This document shows positions 50,949-60,030 of a stretch of DNA of 64,000 nt, piece after piece. The position numbers were made by a program, and so were the translations under genes. Position 1 is the first letter of the stretch, and every line of letters starts with the position of its first letter. The notes below the pieces were generated by a model, which did no database searches, was not told the DNA's origin, and worked only from the letters and a program-made list of their open reading frames with translations. Source of the stretch: a virus; the IMG/VR virus record IMGVR_UViG_3300027782_003601, positions 64,001 through 128,000 of that record; one strand, given 5' to 3'.

Positions 50949-51538
50949 TGAGCAAGGGATTATTGATAGAGACGCATTTGTTTGAAGCAAAAATACAAGA
51001 AGAATCTAACGGTACTTTACTTGTTAAAGGTGTTTTGCAAAGAGCAGGTGCTGAAAATCAAAATGGTAGAAGATACCCTAAAGAAATTCTTGAAAGAGAA
51101 TGTAAAAAATATCAACAACTTATTAACGAAAGAAGAGCATTGGGTGAATTAGACCATCCAGATTCTCCCGTTATTAACTTAAAGAATGTATCACATAACA
51201 TTAGAGAAATTTATTGGGAAGGTGATGATGTATGCGGAGTAGTAGAAATCCTTTCAACACCATCTGGTAACATTTTAAAAGAATTATTAAAAAACAACAT
51301 CCGTTTAGGTATTTCATCAAGAGGATTAGGTTCGGTAAAAGAATTAAAAGATGGAACTGTAATGGTAGCAGAAGATTTTGAATTAGTAGGTTGGGATTTT
51401 GTTTCAAACCCATCTACACATGGAGCATTTATGGCACCTGTAAACGAATCCAAACAATGGAAGAAGATTGCAGATGAGTGTGGTAAATGGTGTAAAGTAC
51501 AAGATTTAATGAGGGAAATTCTAATAGAATTAAATTAA
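50948..51538 (+). CDS. gp21: prohead core protease, T4 gp21-like
   Basis: NQNGRRYP, ALGELDHP, VSH, LGISSRGLGS, DFVSNPS. Confidence 0.95.
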   Translation: MSKGLLIETHLFEAKIQEESNGTLLVKGVLQRAGAENQNGRRYPKEILERECKKYQQLINERRALGELDHPDSPVINLKNVSHNIREIYWEGDDVCGVVEILSTPSGNILKELLKNNIRLGISSRGLGSVKELKDGTVMVAEDFELVGWDFVSNPSTHGAFMAPVNESKQWKKIADECGKWCKVQDLMREILIELN

Positions 51539-51557
51539 TAAAAAAAACAATACAAAT

Positions 51558-51872
51558 ATGAAAGTAGTAGATTTGTCACCTGGAAAAAAAATAAATACTC
51601 AACAATTAAAAGAACTTATTAAACAAGTTATTAGAGAAGAAAATTATCATAAAAAATTAGCTAAAGAATCATTAGAAGATTTGGATACAACATTGCCAGT
51701 TGGTGTTGAAAGATATTTAGATAAGATGGTATCTCAAATTAAAGGAATGAATCTTAATCGTAAAAAAGAGATTCTTGTATTAGCAAAAGTAATTGATGCT
51801 ATGGGAATGGATAAGCAAGAATTAATGAGATACATCCAACAAATTAAGAAAAAAGATATTTTAGGAAAATAA
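51558..51872 (+). CDS. putative internal head protein
   Basis: LKELIKQVIREE motif, as in 50388-50948. Confidence 0.5.
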   Translation: MKVVDLSPGKKINTQQLKELIKQVIREENYHKKLAKESLEDLDTTLPVGVERYLDKMVSQIKGMNLNRKKEILVLAKVIDAMGMDKQELMRYIQQIKKKDILGK

Positions 51873-51876
51873 TACT

Positions 51877-52512
51877 ATGATACGTTTAAAAGATTTACTT
51901 AAAGAATCAGAAGAGCTACAACAACTCCCAACTGAATTAAAAAGACACTTCTTAGAAATCATTTCAACTTATGGTCAACATAGAGAAGGAATGACTAGAA
52001 AATCTGATATCAGACAAGTTGCAGAAACTTTAGGTGGTATTGCAGATGCAGCACAAGAATATACTTTGAGAGAAGGTGGTGATTGGTTTGATAGAGTTAC
52101 TATTAAACGTAATATGAGTGAGTTAAAAAAATTACAATCTGCATTTGAAAAAGAATCACTAGAAGCAAAAGCACAGGAACAAAGATTGGAAGCTCTATAT
52201 GAAGATATGGGGAATGTGTTAGGAAGATATTTTGAGATAGCTAATGTTTCAGAAAAAGTTATGAAAGAAAGATTGGGTAGAACTTCAATTCAAGAAGCTA
52301 AAAAATACGATATAGGTTCTGGATGGATGGGAAATGGTTTAACTATTTGGAATAGAGCTGAAGAACAATATGGTGATTATAAAATAATTGCTCATATTGG
52401 TAAAGATGGTACTTTAAGTATAAGAGATAAAAAATTACCAAATGATATCAAGCAAATGTTCCAAACTTGGGCAGATACTATGAAAAAGGGTGATAGACCA
52501 GCAACATACTAA
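51877..52512 (+). CDS. putative internal head protein
   Basis: MIRLKDLLKE N-terminus; second module after IQE. Confidence 0.5.
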   Translation: MIRLKDLLKESEELQQLPTELKRHFLEIISTYGQHREGMTRKSDIRQVAETLGGIADAAQEYTLREGGDWFDRVTIKRNMSELKKLQSAFEKESLEAKAQEQRLEALYEDMGNVLGRYFEIANVSEKVMKERLGRTSIQEAKKYDIGSGWMGNGLTIWNRAEEQYGDYKIIAHIGKDGTLSIRDKKLPNDIKQMFQTWADTMKKGDRPATY

Positions 52513-52516
52513 TTAA

Positions 52517-52888
52517 ATGGAAGAGTTAGCATCATTATTATTACAAAGTAGAACTCAAGCTCATTCTTTCCATTGGGGAGTTAAAGGTATAGGTTCACAT
52601 TCTGCACATTTAGCATTGGGTAATTACTACGATTCAATCGGTGAGTTGGTAGATGGATTAGTTGAAGCATATCAAGGTAAAGAAGGTTTGATTCAAATTT
52701 CAGGAATTGGAACATTAGATAAAAATAATGATATTAAAAATATTATTAATTACTTTGAAACTCTTTGTAATTTAATTGCAAAATTAAGAAAAAATCCTAA
52801 ATTGCAAGATTCTTGGATACAAAATGATATTGATACAATTGTATCTTTACTATATTCTACTAAATATAAATTGGTTAATCACCAATAA
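52517..52888 (+). CDS. Dps/ferritin-like four-helix protein
   Basis: QAHSFHW...HLALGNYYD...DGLVEAYQG. Confidence 0.7.
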   Translation: MEELASLLLQSRTQAHSFHWGVKGIGSHSAHLALGNYYDSIGELVDGLVEAYQGKEGLIQISGIGTLDKNNDIKNIINYFETLCNLIAKLRKNPKLQDSWIQNDIDTIVSLLYSTKYKLVNHQ

Positions 52889-52917
52889 AATTTAGTAATA
52901 TACAAAAAAATACTGAT

Positions 52918-52946
52918 AATTCCAAAGAAATTTGGAATTTTTCTTT
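52918..52946 (+). terminator. Rho-independent terminator
   Basis: AATTCCAAA-GAAA-TTTGGAATT hairpin followed by TTTCTTT. Confidence 0.65.
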
Positions 52947-53112
52947 AGTTTTCTAAAAAGTTATATACTTATTATTAAATATCCCATTCATTATGGGATT
53001 ACTTTTTATAGTTGATTAATGAATACCCTTCTTTATAAGGCGTGACCGAACAATCAACAGAATATCATTGGAGTTGTAATCAATAACTTCACAAGTAAAT
53101 CATAAAAAATAA

Positions 53113-54444
53113 ATGGCAAACTCAAAATTGTTAAAAGAAGCAATCGCCGATGCTAAAGCCGTAAAGGAAACCGCATTAGCAAACGCAAAATTAGCTCTTG
53201 AAGAAGCATTCACTCCAAGATTACAATCTATCTTATCTCAAAAGATGAGAGCAGAAGCAGAAGAAATGGAAAATGATGACCAAGAAGAAGCTATGTATGA
53301 AGAATTGGATTCGTCAAACATTGGTTCAAAAGTAGGAACTGATGCGGCGGCAAATCCTGGAGCTCAACCAACATTAGATGCAGATACTGATTTATCAGTA
53401 GGTGTAGCTAAAGATAGTGGAAAACCAGAGCAAGCAGGAACTGACTACAGTAAAGTAGCAGACATCAACGAAGAAGATGATATGGGATATGGAGATGATG
53501 AAAAAGACCAAGAAATTGCTGAATTGAAAGCTAGATTAGCTGAATTAGAAGATGGCGGCGATGATTGGGCAGATGGTTTTTCTCCAGAAAACGAAGAAGA
53601 AGACCCTTTTGCATCAATGAAAGGGGATGATAATTCTTATGGAATGGAAGATGAGGAAGATGACCATATGGAACCAGATATGGATAATATGGGTGGTGAA
53701 AGTGATAATGATGAAGATAATATGGATTTAGAATCTATTATCAGAGAATTAGAAGCACAATTAGGTGATGATGGAGAAGATGATGAAGAAATGCCAAAAG
53801 AAGACCCTAATGCAGATAAAATTGCTGAATTAAAAAGACAATTGGCTGAATTAGAAGATGGTGGAGAAGATTGGTCAGATTCCGATGAACCAAAAACAGA
53901 ATCTAAAAAATTAAGAGAATCACGTAGAAGATTAAGAGAAGATTATACCGATGGAGCTGAAGTTGGTACTGATGAAGACGGTGAAAAAGTAATTGACTTA
54001 GAAGAAATTCTTCGTGAAATGGAAGATGATATGAAAGGTGGTTCGGAAGAAGATGATTCAGAAGAATTAAAATCAGATTTAGAAGAAGCATACAAGACTA
54101 TCAAATCATTACAATCAACTATTAATGAAGTTAATTTGTTAAATGCAAAATTATTATTCGCTAACAAATTGTTCAGAGCTCATAATATGACTAACGAACA
54201 AAAAGTTAAAGTAATTGAAACTTTGGATAGAACAAAATCAGTAAGAGAAGTTAAATTGGTTTACTCTACATTGGCAGAGAATTTCAAATACACTTCATCA
54301 AACAAAATTGTTAAGAAATCAATCGCAGAAGGAATTGCAAGTAAAGTAACTAAATCTACTAAGCCAGCAGCTCAAAAACAAGTAATTTCGGAATCTGTTG
54401 CAATTTCTAACAGATTTAAAAAATTAGCAGGTATTATTAAATAA
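53113..54444 (+). CDS. prohead scaffolding protein
   Basis: Highly acidic coiled-coil protein directly upstream of MCP; internal duplicate IAELK..LAELEDGG.DW. Confidence 0.8.
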   Translation: MANSKLLKEAIADAKAVKETALANAKLALEEAFTPRLQSILSQKMRAEAEEMENDDQEEAMYEELDSSNIGSKVGTDAAANPGAQPTLDADTDLSVGVAKDSGKPEQAGTDYSKVADINEEDDMGYGDDEKDQEIAELKARLAELEDGGDDWADGFSPENEEEDPFASMKGDDNSYGMEDEEDDHMEPDMDNMGGESDNDEDNMDLESIIRELEAQLGDDGEDDEEMPKEDPNADKIAELKRQLAELEDGGEDWSDSDEPKTESKKLRESRRRLREDYTDGAEVGTDEDGEKVIDLEEILREMEDDMKGGSEEDDSEELKSDLEEAYKTIKSLQSTINEVNLLNAKLLFANKLFRAHNMTNEQKVKVIETLDRTKSVREVKLVYSTLAENFKYTSSNKIVKKSIAEGIASKVTKSTKPAAQKQVISESVAISNRFKKLAGIIK

Positions 54445-54467
54445 CGAAAAAACAATTTAATTTAAAA

Positions 54468-56129
54468 ATGAACTTAAAAAAATTAATGACAGGTGCTAAC
54501 CCACAAAGCATTATGCTTGAGCAAACTAGAGGTTTGAAAGGCAAGTGGGAAAAAACAGGATTACTTGAAGGAGTAGGTTCTGAAACAACTAAGCATGGTA
54601 TGGCAGTGATGTTAGAGAACCAAGCTAAGCAATTATTGGACGAGGCAACTCGTACAGGTACTTCAGCAGGTTCTGAAGAATGGGCAGGTGTTGCTCTTCC
54701 ATTAGTAAGACGTATTTTCGGTTCTATCGCAGCAAAAGAATTTGTTTCGGTTCAACCAATGAACTTACCTTCAGGTCTTATTTTCTATATGGATTTCAAA
54801 TATGGTTCAACTGCAGGAAAAGATTCTAATAGACCAGCTTCTGGTTCTTCTTTATTTGGTGATGGTGGTACTTATGGTAAAGATTCTTTATCTCCAGCAG
54901 GTAACAAATTAGGTTCAACTCAAGCTACTACTGGTGGTTTGTATGGAGCAGGACGTTTTGGATACACAATCAATGATACTAAAGTTGCCGTTGCCGGTAA
55001 AACTATTGCAACTGCTTCATTGGCTGATATTTCTTTTGATTTAACTGATTCTACTATTTCTGGTGCATACGCAACAGGTCGTATTAAAAAAGTAACTGTA
55101 CCTTTTACTGATTTATCAGGTTCTAGAGGTTCTGCTGACCAAAACGCAGTTAGAGCATTTGATTTTATCAACTCTGGTTCTGGATTTACATTCTTACCAC
55201 AATATACTAAAGTTAATGGTGCTAACGTTGAATTCTTAGCTTATACTACTCTTAATACATCTACTGCATTTGGTGGAACTGTTGCAACTGTAGCAGGTGA
55301 GGTTGTTTATGTAGCTCAACCGGGTGCTGATAACAGAGGTGATTTTGAAGATAAAGGTTCTGATTTAGCTATTACAGAAATTGAATTAGAATTAAAATCT
55401 GAGCCAATTGTGGCTAAGACTCGTAAATTGAAAGCAATCTGGACTCCAGAATTAGCTCAAGATTTAAATGCATATCACTCAGTAGATGCTGAAGCTGAAT
55501 TAACTCAAATGTTATCTGAGTATATCTCATTAGAGATTGACTTAGAAATTTTAGAGATGTTGCAGCAAAACGCATTCACAACTGATTATTGGTCTGCAAA
55601 AGTTGGATACGATTTTAACTCAGCAACAAATACTTTCGCAATTGATTCTAACGCAGCTGCTGCAAGTGCTTACCAAAAGAGTAGTTGGTTCCAGACTTTG
55701 GGTATCAAATTACAAAAGGTATCTAATAAGATTCACCAATTAACAATGAGAGGTGGAGCAAATTTTGTCGTTTGTTCTCCTAACGTTGCAACTATTTTAG
55801 AATCAATGAATGGTTTCTCAGCAAATCCTGGTAAAGATGCTTTACAATTTGCAGCTGGTGTAACTAACATTGGTCAAATTTCTAATAGATACGATGTTTA
55901 TAAGAATCCTTATATGACAGAAAACGTTATCTTATTAGGTTTCAAAGGTTCTAACTTCTTTGAGACAGGTGCGGTTTACGCTCCATATGTTCCGTTGATT
56001 ATGACTCCATTAGTGTACGACCCAACTAACTTTACTCCACGTAGAGGTGTTATGACTCGTTACGCTAAGAAAATCGTAAGACCAGAATTTTACGGTAAAA
56101 TCATCGTTGATGGATTAGAGACTCTTTAA
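54468..56129 (+). CDS. gp23: major capsid protein, T4 gp23-like
   Basis: VQPMNLPSGLIF, AKTRKLKAIWTPELAQDL.A.H.DAEAEL, YAPYVPL, GVMTRYA. Confidence 0.97.
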   Translation: MNLKKLMTGANPQSIMLEQTRGLKGKWEKTGLLEGVGSETTKHGMAVMLENQAKQLLDEATRTGTSAGSEEWAGVALPLVRRIFGSIAAKEFVSVQPMNLPSGLIFYMDFKYGSTAGKDSNRPASGSSLFGDGGTYGKDSLSPAGNKLGSTQATTGGLYGAGRFGYTINDTKVAVAGKTIATASLADISFDLTDSTISGAYATGRIKKVTVPFTDLSGSRGSADQNAVRAFDFINSGSGFTFLPQYTKVNGANVEFLAYTTLNTSTAFGGTVATVAGEVVYVAQPGADNRGDFEDKGSDLAITEIELELKSEPIVAKTRKLKAIWTPELAQDLNAYHSVDAEAELTQMLSEYISLEIDLEILEMLQQNAFTTDYWSAKVGYDFNSATNTFAIDSNAAAASAYQKSSWFQTLGIKLQKVSNKIHQLTMRGGANFVVCSPNVATILESMNGFSANPGKDALQFAAGVTNIGQISNRYDVYKNPYMTENVILLGFKGSNFFETGAVYAPYVPLIMTPLVYDPTNFTPRRGVMTRYAKKIVRPEFYGKIIVDGLETL

Positions 56130-56153
56130 TCTCAATCAATTAAAGTAACCATT

Positions 56154-56186
56154 AAGGGAGGACAGAAATGTTCTCCCTTTTGTTTT
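56154..56186 (+). terminator. Rho-independent terminator after MCP
   Basis: AAGGGAGGACA-GAAA-TGTTCTCCCTT followed by TTGTTTT. Confidence 0.85.
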
Positions 56187-56249
56187 ATAGGATATATCAG
56201 TTCTTTTTTATTTCTTATATTTATAGGTGTAAAACTATAAATTTTCATT

Positions 56250-57446
56250 ATGTCTGTAAACACATACTGGTCAGGTTCAGTATCTGGCTCATTTATATCG
56301 GGTTCATCTACTCCTTTTGGAATTTACGATTCGGATACTGGATTTAGAAATGATGCACCTAAAACTGCAACATGGGTAGCAAAGCGTTTAGGATATCCAA
56401 TTGTTAATATTGAATTGAATAATGACCAAATATTTGCTTGCTTTGAAGAATCTGTTTCAGAATATTCAGCACAAGTAAATCAATTTAATCTTCGTAATAA
56501 CCTTGATATTTTAAGAGGTCAACCAAAGGGTAAAATTGCAAATTATTCTCAAACTCTTGTAGATGGTTCATATTTGCCAACATCAATTCGTATGGCACAA
56601 CAATATGGAACATTATCAGGTGTAGGAGGTTCAACTGCAATCAAAAAAGCATATATAACATTAACATCATCAGTTCAAGTATATGATTTGATGACTCAAG
56701 CAACAGATAATGAAAGTAGTCGTTCTTTTGGGTTAATATTTAGTGGTTCATCAACTGTTGATGTTACAAAGGTATTTCACGAAGCAATTCCCGCAATTAC
56801 TCGTTTCTTTGACCCATATTCGGTAGGTGCACAAGGTACGTTGAATTTAATGAGTGAGTTAGGTTTTGGTAATTATTCACCTGCTGCACAATTCTTAATG
56901 ATGCCTTTATATGAGGATGTATTGAGAATGCAACATATTGAATTTAATGACCATATTCGTAAATCAGCATTTACATTTAATATTGTAGATAATAAATTAG
57001 AAATATTTCCCGTTCCAACTATAAATTCACCATCAAGAATATACTTTGAGTATATGAGTAGAGATGAATTTGAACATGATTCTCAAACTATTCAATCAGA
57101 ATCACTTTCTGATTATTCAGATATTCCGTATGATTTTATTCAATATTCAAATATAAATGATGTTGGAGTACAATGGATTAGAAAGTATACATTAGCACTC
57201 TCTAAGGAGTTGTTAGGAGCAATAAGAGAGAAGTATTCATCTATTCCTATACCTGATGCAGAAATCTCTTTAGATGGGGCAGCATTGAGAGCAGAAGCAC
57301 AAGTTGAAAAAGATTATCTAATCACTCAATTAAGAGAAAATTTAGAAGAGATGAGTAGAAAAAATGTGATGGAAAATAAAACACATGAATCTAATCATCA
57401 TCAAGAAATGTTAAGAAAAGTTCCATTAAAATTATATGTAGGATAA
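56250..57446 (+). CDS. neck protein, gp13-like
   Basis: KRLGYPIVNIEL, WIRKYTLALSKELLG..R.KY..P...LDG. Confidence 0.8.
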   Translation: MSVNTYWSGSVSGSFISGSSTPFGIYDSDTGFRNDAPKTATWVAKRLGYPIVNIELNNDQIFACFEESVSEYSAQVNQFNLRNNLDILRGQPKGKIANYSQTLVDGSYLPTSIRMAQQYGTLSGVGGSTAIKKAYITLTSSVQVYDLMTQATDNESSRSFGLIFSGSSTVDVTKVFHEAIPAITRFFDPYSVGAQGTLNLMSELGFGNYSPAAQFLMMPLYEDVLRMQHIEFNDHIRKSAFTFNIVDNKLEIFPVPTINSPSRIYFEYMSRDEFEHDSQTIQSESLSDYSDIPYDFIQYSNINDVGVQWIRKYTLALSKELLGAIREKYSSIPIPDAEISLDGAALRAEAQVEKDYLITQLRENLEEMSRKNVMENKTHESNHHQEMLRKVPLKLYVG

Positions 57447-57447
57447 T

Positions 57448-57903
57448 ATGCCAAAGTTTTCATTAGGTAGAGATTTAGATTTTTTTCATAGTATTGCCAG
57501 AGAATTGGTAGATACTGTGATAGAAAATACATTTATATTATTTAAAGTAGATTTAAATGCTACAAAAGTAAATATTTACGGAGAAGCATTAGATAAAACT
57601 TGGCATCCAGGTGTTGAATTATATGGTTTAGTTGATAAAGAACCTGAAGGAGTTTTATATGAAGGATTTGGTCCAGATTTAGTACAAGCTATGACTTTTA
57701 AAGTTGATAAAGGATTGTGTGAAGAAAGAAACATATATCCCGAAATTGGTGATATTATACATTACGATGATTCCTATTATGAAATTGATAATACAAATGA
57801 AATTCAGTTTATAGCAGGTTCACCTGATAATAATTGGAGTATTGTAATTACGGCATTCCAAGTAAGCAAATCAACTCTAAATATAGAACAAAGAATAGAT
57901 TAA
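57448..57903 (+). CDS. head closure/neck protein, gp14-like
   Basis: NIYGE, PEIGDII, YYEI; position after gp13. Confidence 0.65.
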   Translation: MPKFSLGRDLDFFHSIARELVDTVIENTFILFKVDLNATKVNIYGEALDKTWHPGVELYGLVDKEPEGVLYEGFGPDLVQAMTFKVDKGLCEERNIYPEIGDIIHYDDSYYEIDNTNEIQFIAGSPDNNWSIVITAFQVSKSTLNIEQRID

Positions 57904-57904
57904 T

Positions 57905-59017
57905 ATGTCTACTAACCCATTAAGAAAATCCGATAGGATTCTACAATCAAAATCTACAAAAGAAGATATAAAACAAAGTATATCTCTTTTTGATATAGAT
58001 TATGCAATGATGTCTTATTTAGAAGATACGGCATTGCCTACATTAGATAATAATGGTGTTGGATTAAAAATACCTGTAATTTATGGTAATTCGGAAAGAT
58101 GGAATGGTGCAAGAAGACAGGGTGTATTTAGAGATGATAAAGGTAAAATTCAATTACCTTTAATGATGATTCGTAGAACATCAATTGCAAAGGATGACCA
58201 AATGCCAATGCTAAATAGACATGTTTCATATTCCGGTATTACAAAATATTCAAAAGATAATAAATACGATAGATTTACATTATTGGGTAAAAATGTACAA
58301 CCTAAATATGAAATTTATAAAATACAAATGCCAGAATATGTTGAATTAAACTATGATTGTATGGTTTGGACTTCATATACAGAACATTTAAATGCAGTAA
58401 TAGAGCAATTACAATATACAGGAACTTATTGGGGAGATAAAGATAAATTTAAATTTAGAACAACTATTAGTGATTTTAATGTTGTAAATGAAGTTGGTGA
58501 GGGAACGGAAAGAATTAATAGAGTTGAATTTAGTTTATCAGTAAAAGCGTATTTACTTCCAGAAAAATTTGATGGTCAAAATACAACTAAAAAATCATTT
58601 TCTACAAAAAGAATTGTTGTTGCAACTGAAACCGATGTAACTGCAAATGGTAGATTAGAAGGGATGTTAACTACCCCATCTCCATATTATGATAATAAAG
58701 ATTTAATTGATTTTTTATCTATAAATAATAGTAAAACACAAAACCCAATTTCAAATAATACTATTACATTCACATCAATAAAAGCAATAAAAACACCATC
58801 GCAATTGACATCGGTTGTAACTTCAGGAATGACATATGGTTCAGATGTATATGATATAAAATTATACATAAATGGTGTTAGAGTATTACAATCAACTAAA
58901 TTTACAGTTGTAATAAGTGCTACATCCATTGTGGTAACATTTTTGCCAGCAGGAATTGGATACAACGTAACATCTACAGATGAAATTGCAATAACAGGTA
59001 AATTTATAGATGTATAA
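57905..59017 (+). CDS. putative tail terminator/sheath stabiliser, gp15-like
   Basis: KIPVIYGNSERW, LPLM, P.YVELNYD; position after neck genes. Confidence 0.5.
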   Translation: MSTNPLRKSDRILQSKSTKEDIKQSISLFDIDYAMMSYLEDTALPTLDNNGVGLKIPVIYGNSERWNGARRQGVFRDDKGKIQLPLMMIRRTSIAKDDQMPMLNRHVSYSGITKYSKDNKYDRFTLLGKNVQPKYEIYKIQMPEYVELNYDCMVWTSYTEHLNAVIEQLQYTGTYWGDKDKFKFRTTISDFNVVNEVGEGTERINRVEFSLSVKAYLLPEKFDGQNTTKKSFSTKRIVVATETDVTANGRLEGMLTTPSPYYDNKDLIDFLSINNSKTQNPISNNTITFTSIKAIKTPSQLTSVVTSGMTYGSDVYDIKLYINGVRVLQSTKFTVVISATSIVVTFLPAGIGYNVTSTDEIAITGKFIDV

Positions 59018-59364
59018 TGAAACGAAATATTTTAGATATAACACAAACTATAAGTAGAAAACCTGGAAATGCAATATTAACACCTTATAATTTAAAGGAT
59101 TCTACTTATTGGATTTTTGAAGCAAAGGGTTGGAGATTTAAATCTATTTTAAGAGAAATAGAATTTAGAGAAACTCAAAATAGATTAAATATTCACATAA
59201 ATACTCAAAATATAAGTCCAAAAGATTATATTGCAGAAGATGGACCTACTGGATTATTAATAAAATTTATAAAAAATAATTTTGAAATGTATATTATTGA
59301 TGGGAACTCATTGGATGGTGGAGATTTTATAGAAATAAAAGGAGATATAGAAAAATATGCTTAA
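59017..59364 (+). CDS. hypothetical structural protein
   Basis: 115 aa ORF coupled to its neighbours. Confidence 0.55.
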   Translation: MKRNILDITQTISRKPGNAILTPYNLKDSTYWIFEAKGWRFKSILREIEFRETQNRLNIHINTQNISPKDYIAEDGPTGLLIKFIKNNFEMYIIDGNSLDGGDFIEIKGDIEKYA

Positions 59365-60028
59365 TAAATTTTCATCAAATGCTAGAAAATTAAATAGAAT
59401 CATTCCAAAAGTTAATTTTAACAATTTGAATGATTCTTTATATATTACTGCTAGTCTTTTAAATGTAGAATTACCATCATCATCTTCGTATCAATCTAAT
59501 ACACGACAAAACCCATTTGGTCCAACTGTTATTAATACAAATAATATTAATGATAGTTTGTATACAACTGCTAGTTTACAAAATATAGAATTGCCATCAT
59601 CATCTTCATACCAATCGCATACTCGTTCTAATTCAAATCCAATAAAAGTTATAAACAACAAACAAACTATAGAAGATTTTCATAATGAAATATTTGAACA
59701 TAGTGTTAGATATGTTGAAAGAAAAGTTGATGAATTTAATAATGATTTAAATACATTAACAATGTATAATGTATTTTTAGATTATGGTACGGAAGGTGCT
59801 AATTCGGATAATTTTGAAATATTTGTGTTTGGATTGCAAATACCGGGAGATTATACAATTGTGGAAATAAATAATAATGTTGTAATAAGTTTAAATGATG
59901 AGTATATAGATTTTGATAATGTTACACTTGATGATATTTATGTTATAGGTAAAATAGTAGAAATTGGTTTGAATTCTGAAGATTATTTTGGTTTAACAAC
60001 TGAAAATGATGAAAATATAATATTGTAA
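59357..60028 (+). CDS. hypothetical structural protein with internal duplication
   Basis: NDSLYxTASLxNxELPSSSSYQSxTR twice (120-bp period). Confidence 0.55.
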   Translation: MLNKFSSNARKLNRIIPKVNFNNLNDSLYITASLLNVELPSSSSYQSNTRQNPFGPTVINTNNINDSLYTTASLQNIELPSSSSYQSHTRSNSNPIKVINNKQTIEDFHNEIFEHSVRYVERKVDEFNNDLNTLTMYNVFLDYGTEGANSDNFEIFVFGLQIPGDYTIVEINNNVVISLNDEYIDFDNVTLDDIYVIGKIVEIGLNSEDYFGLTTENDENIIL

Positions 60029-60030
60029 AA

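Noticed and set aside
52890-53112. tRNA or known riboswitch in the long intergenic gap
   Set aside because: No cloverleaf, T-loop or recognisable aptamer consensus; kept only as an unclassified structured leader
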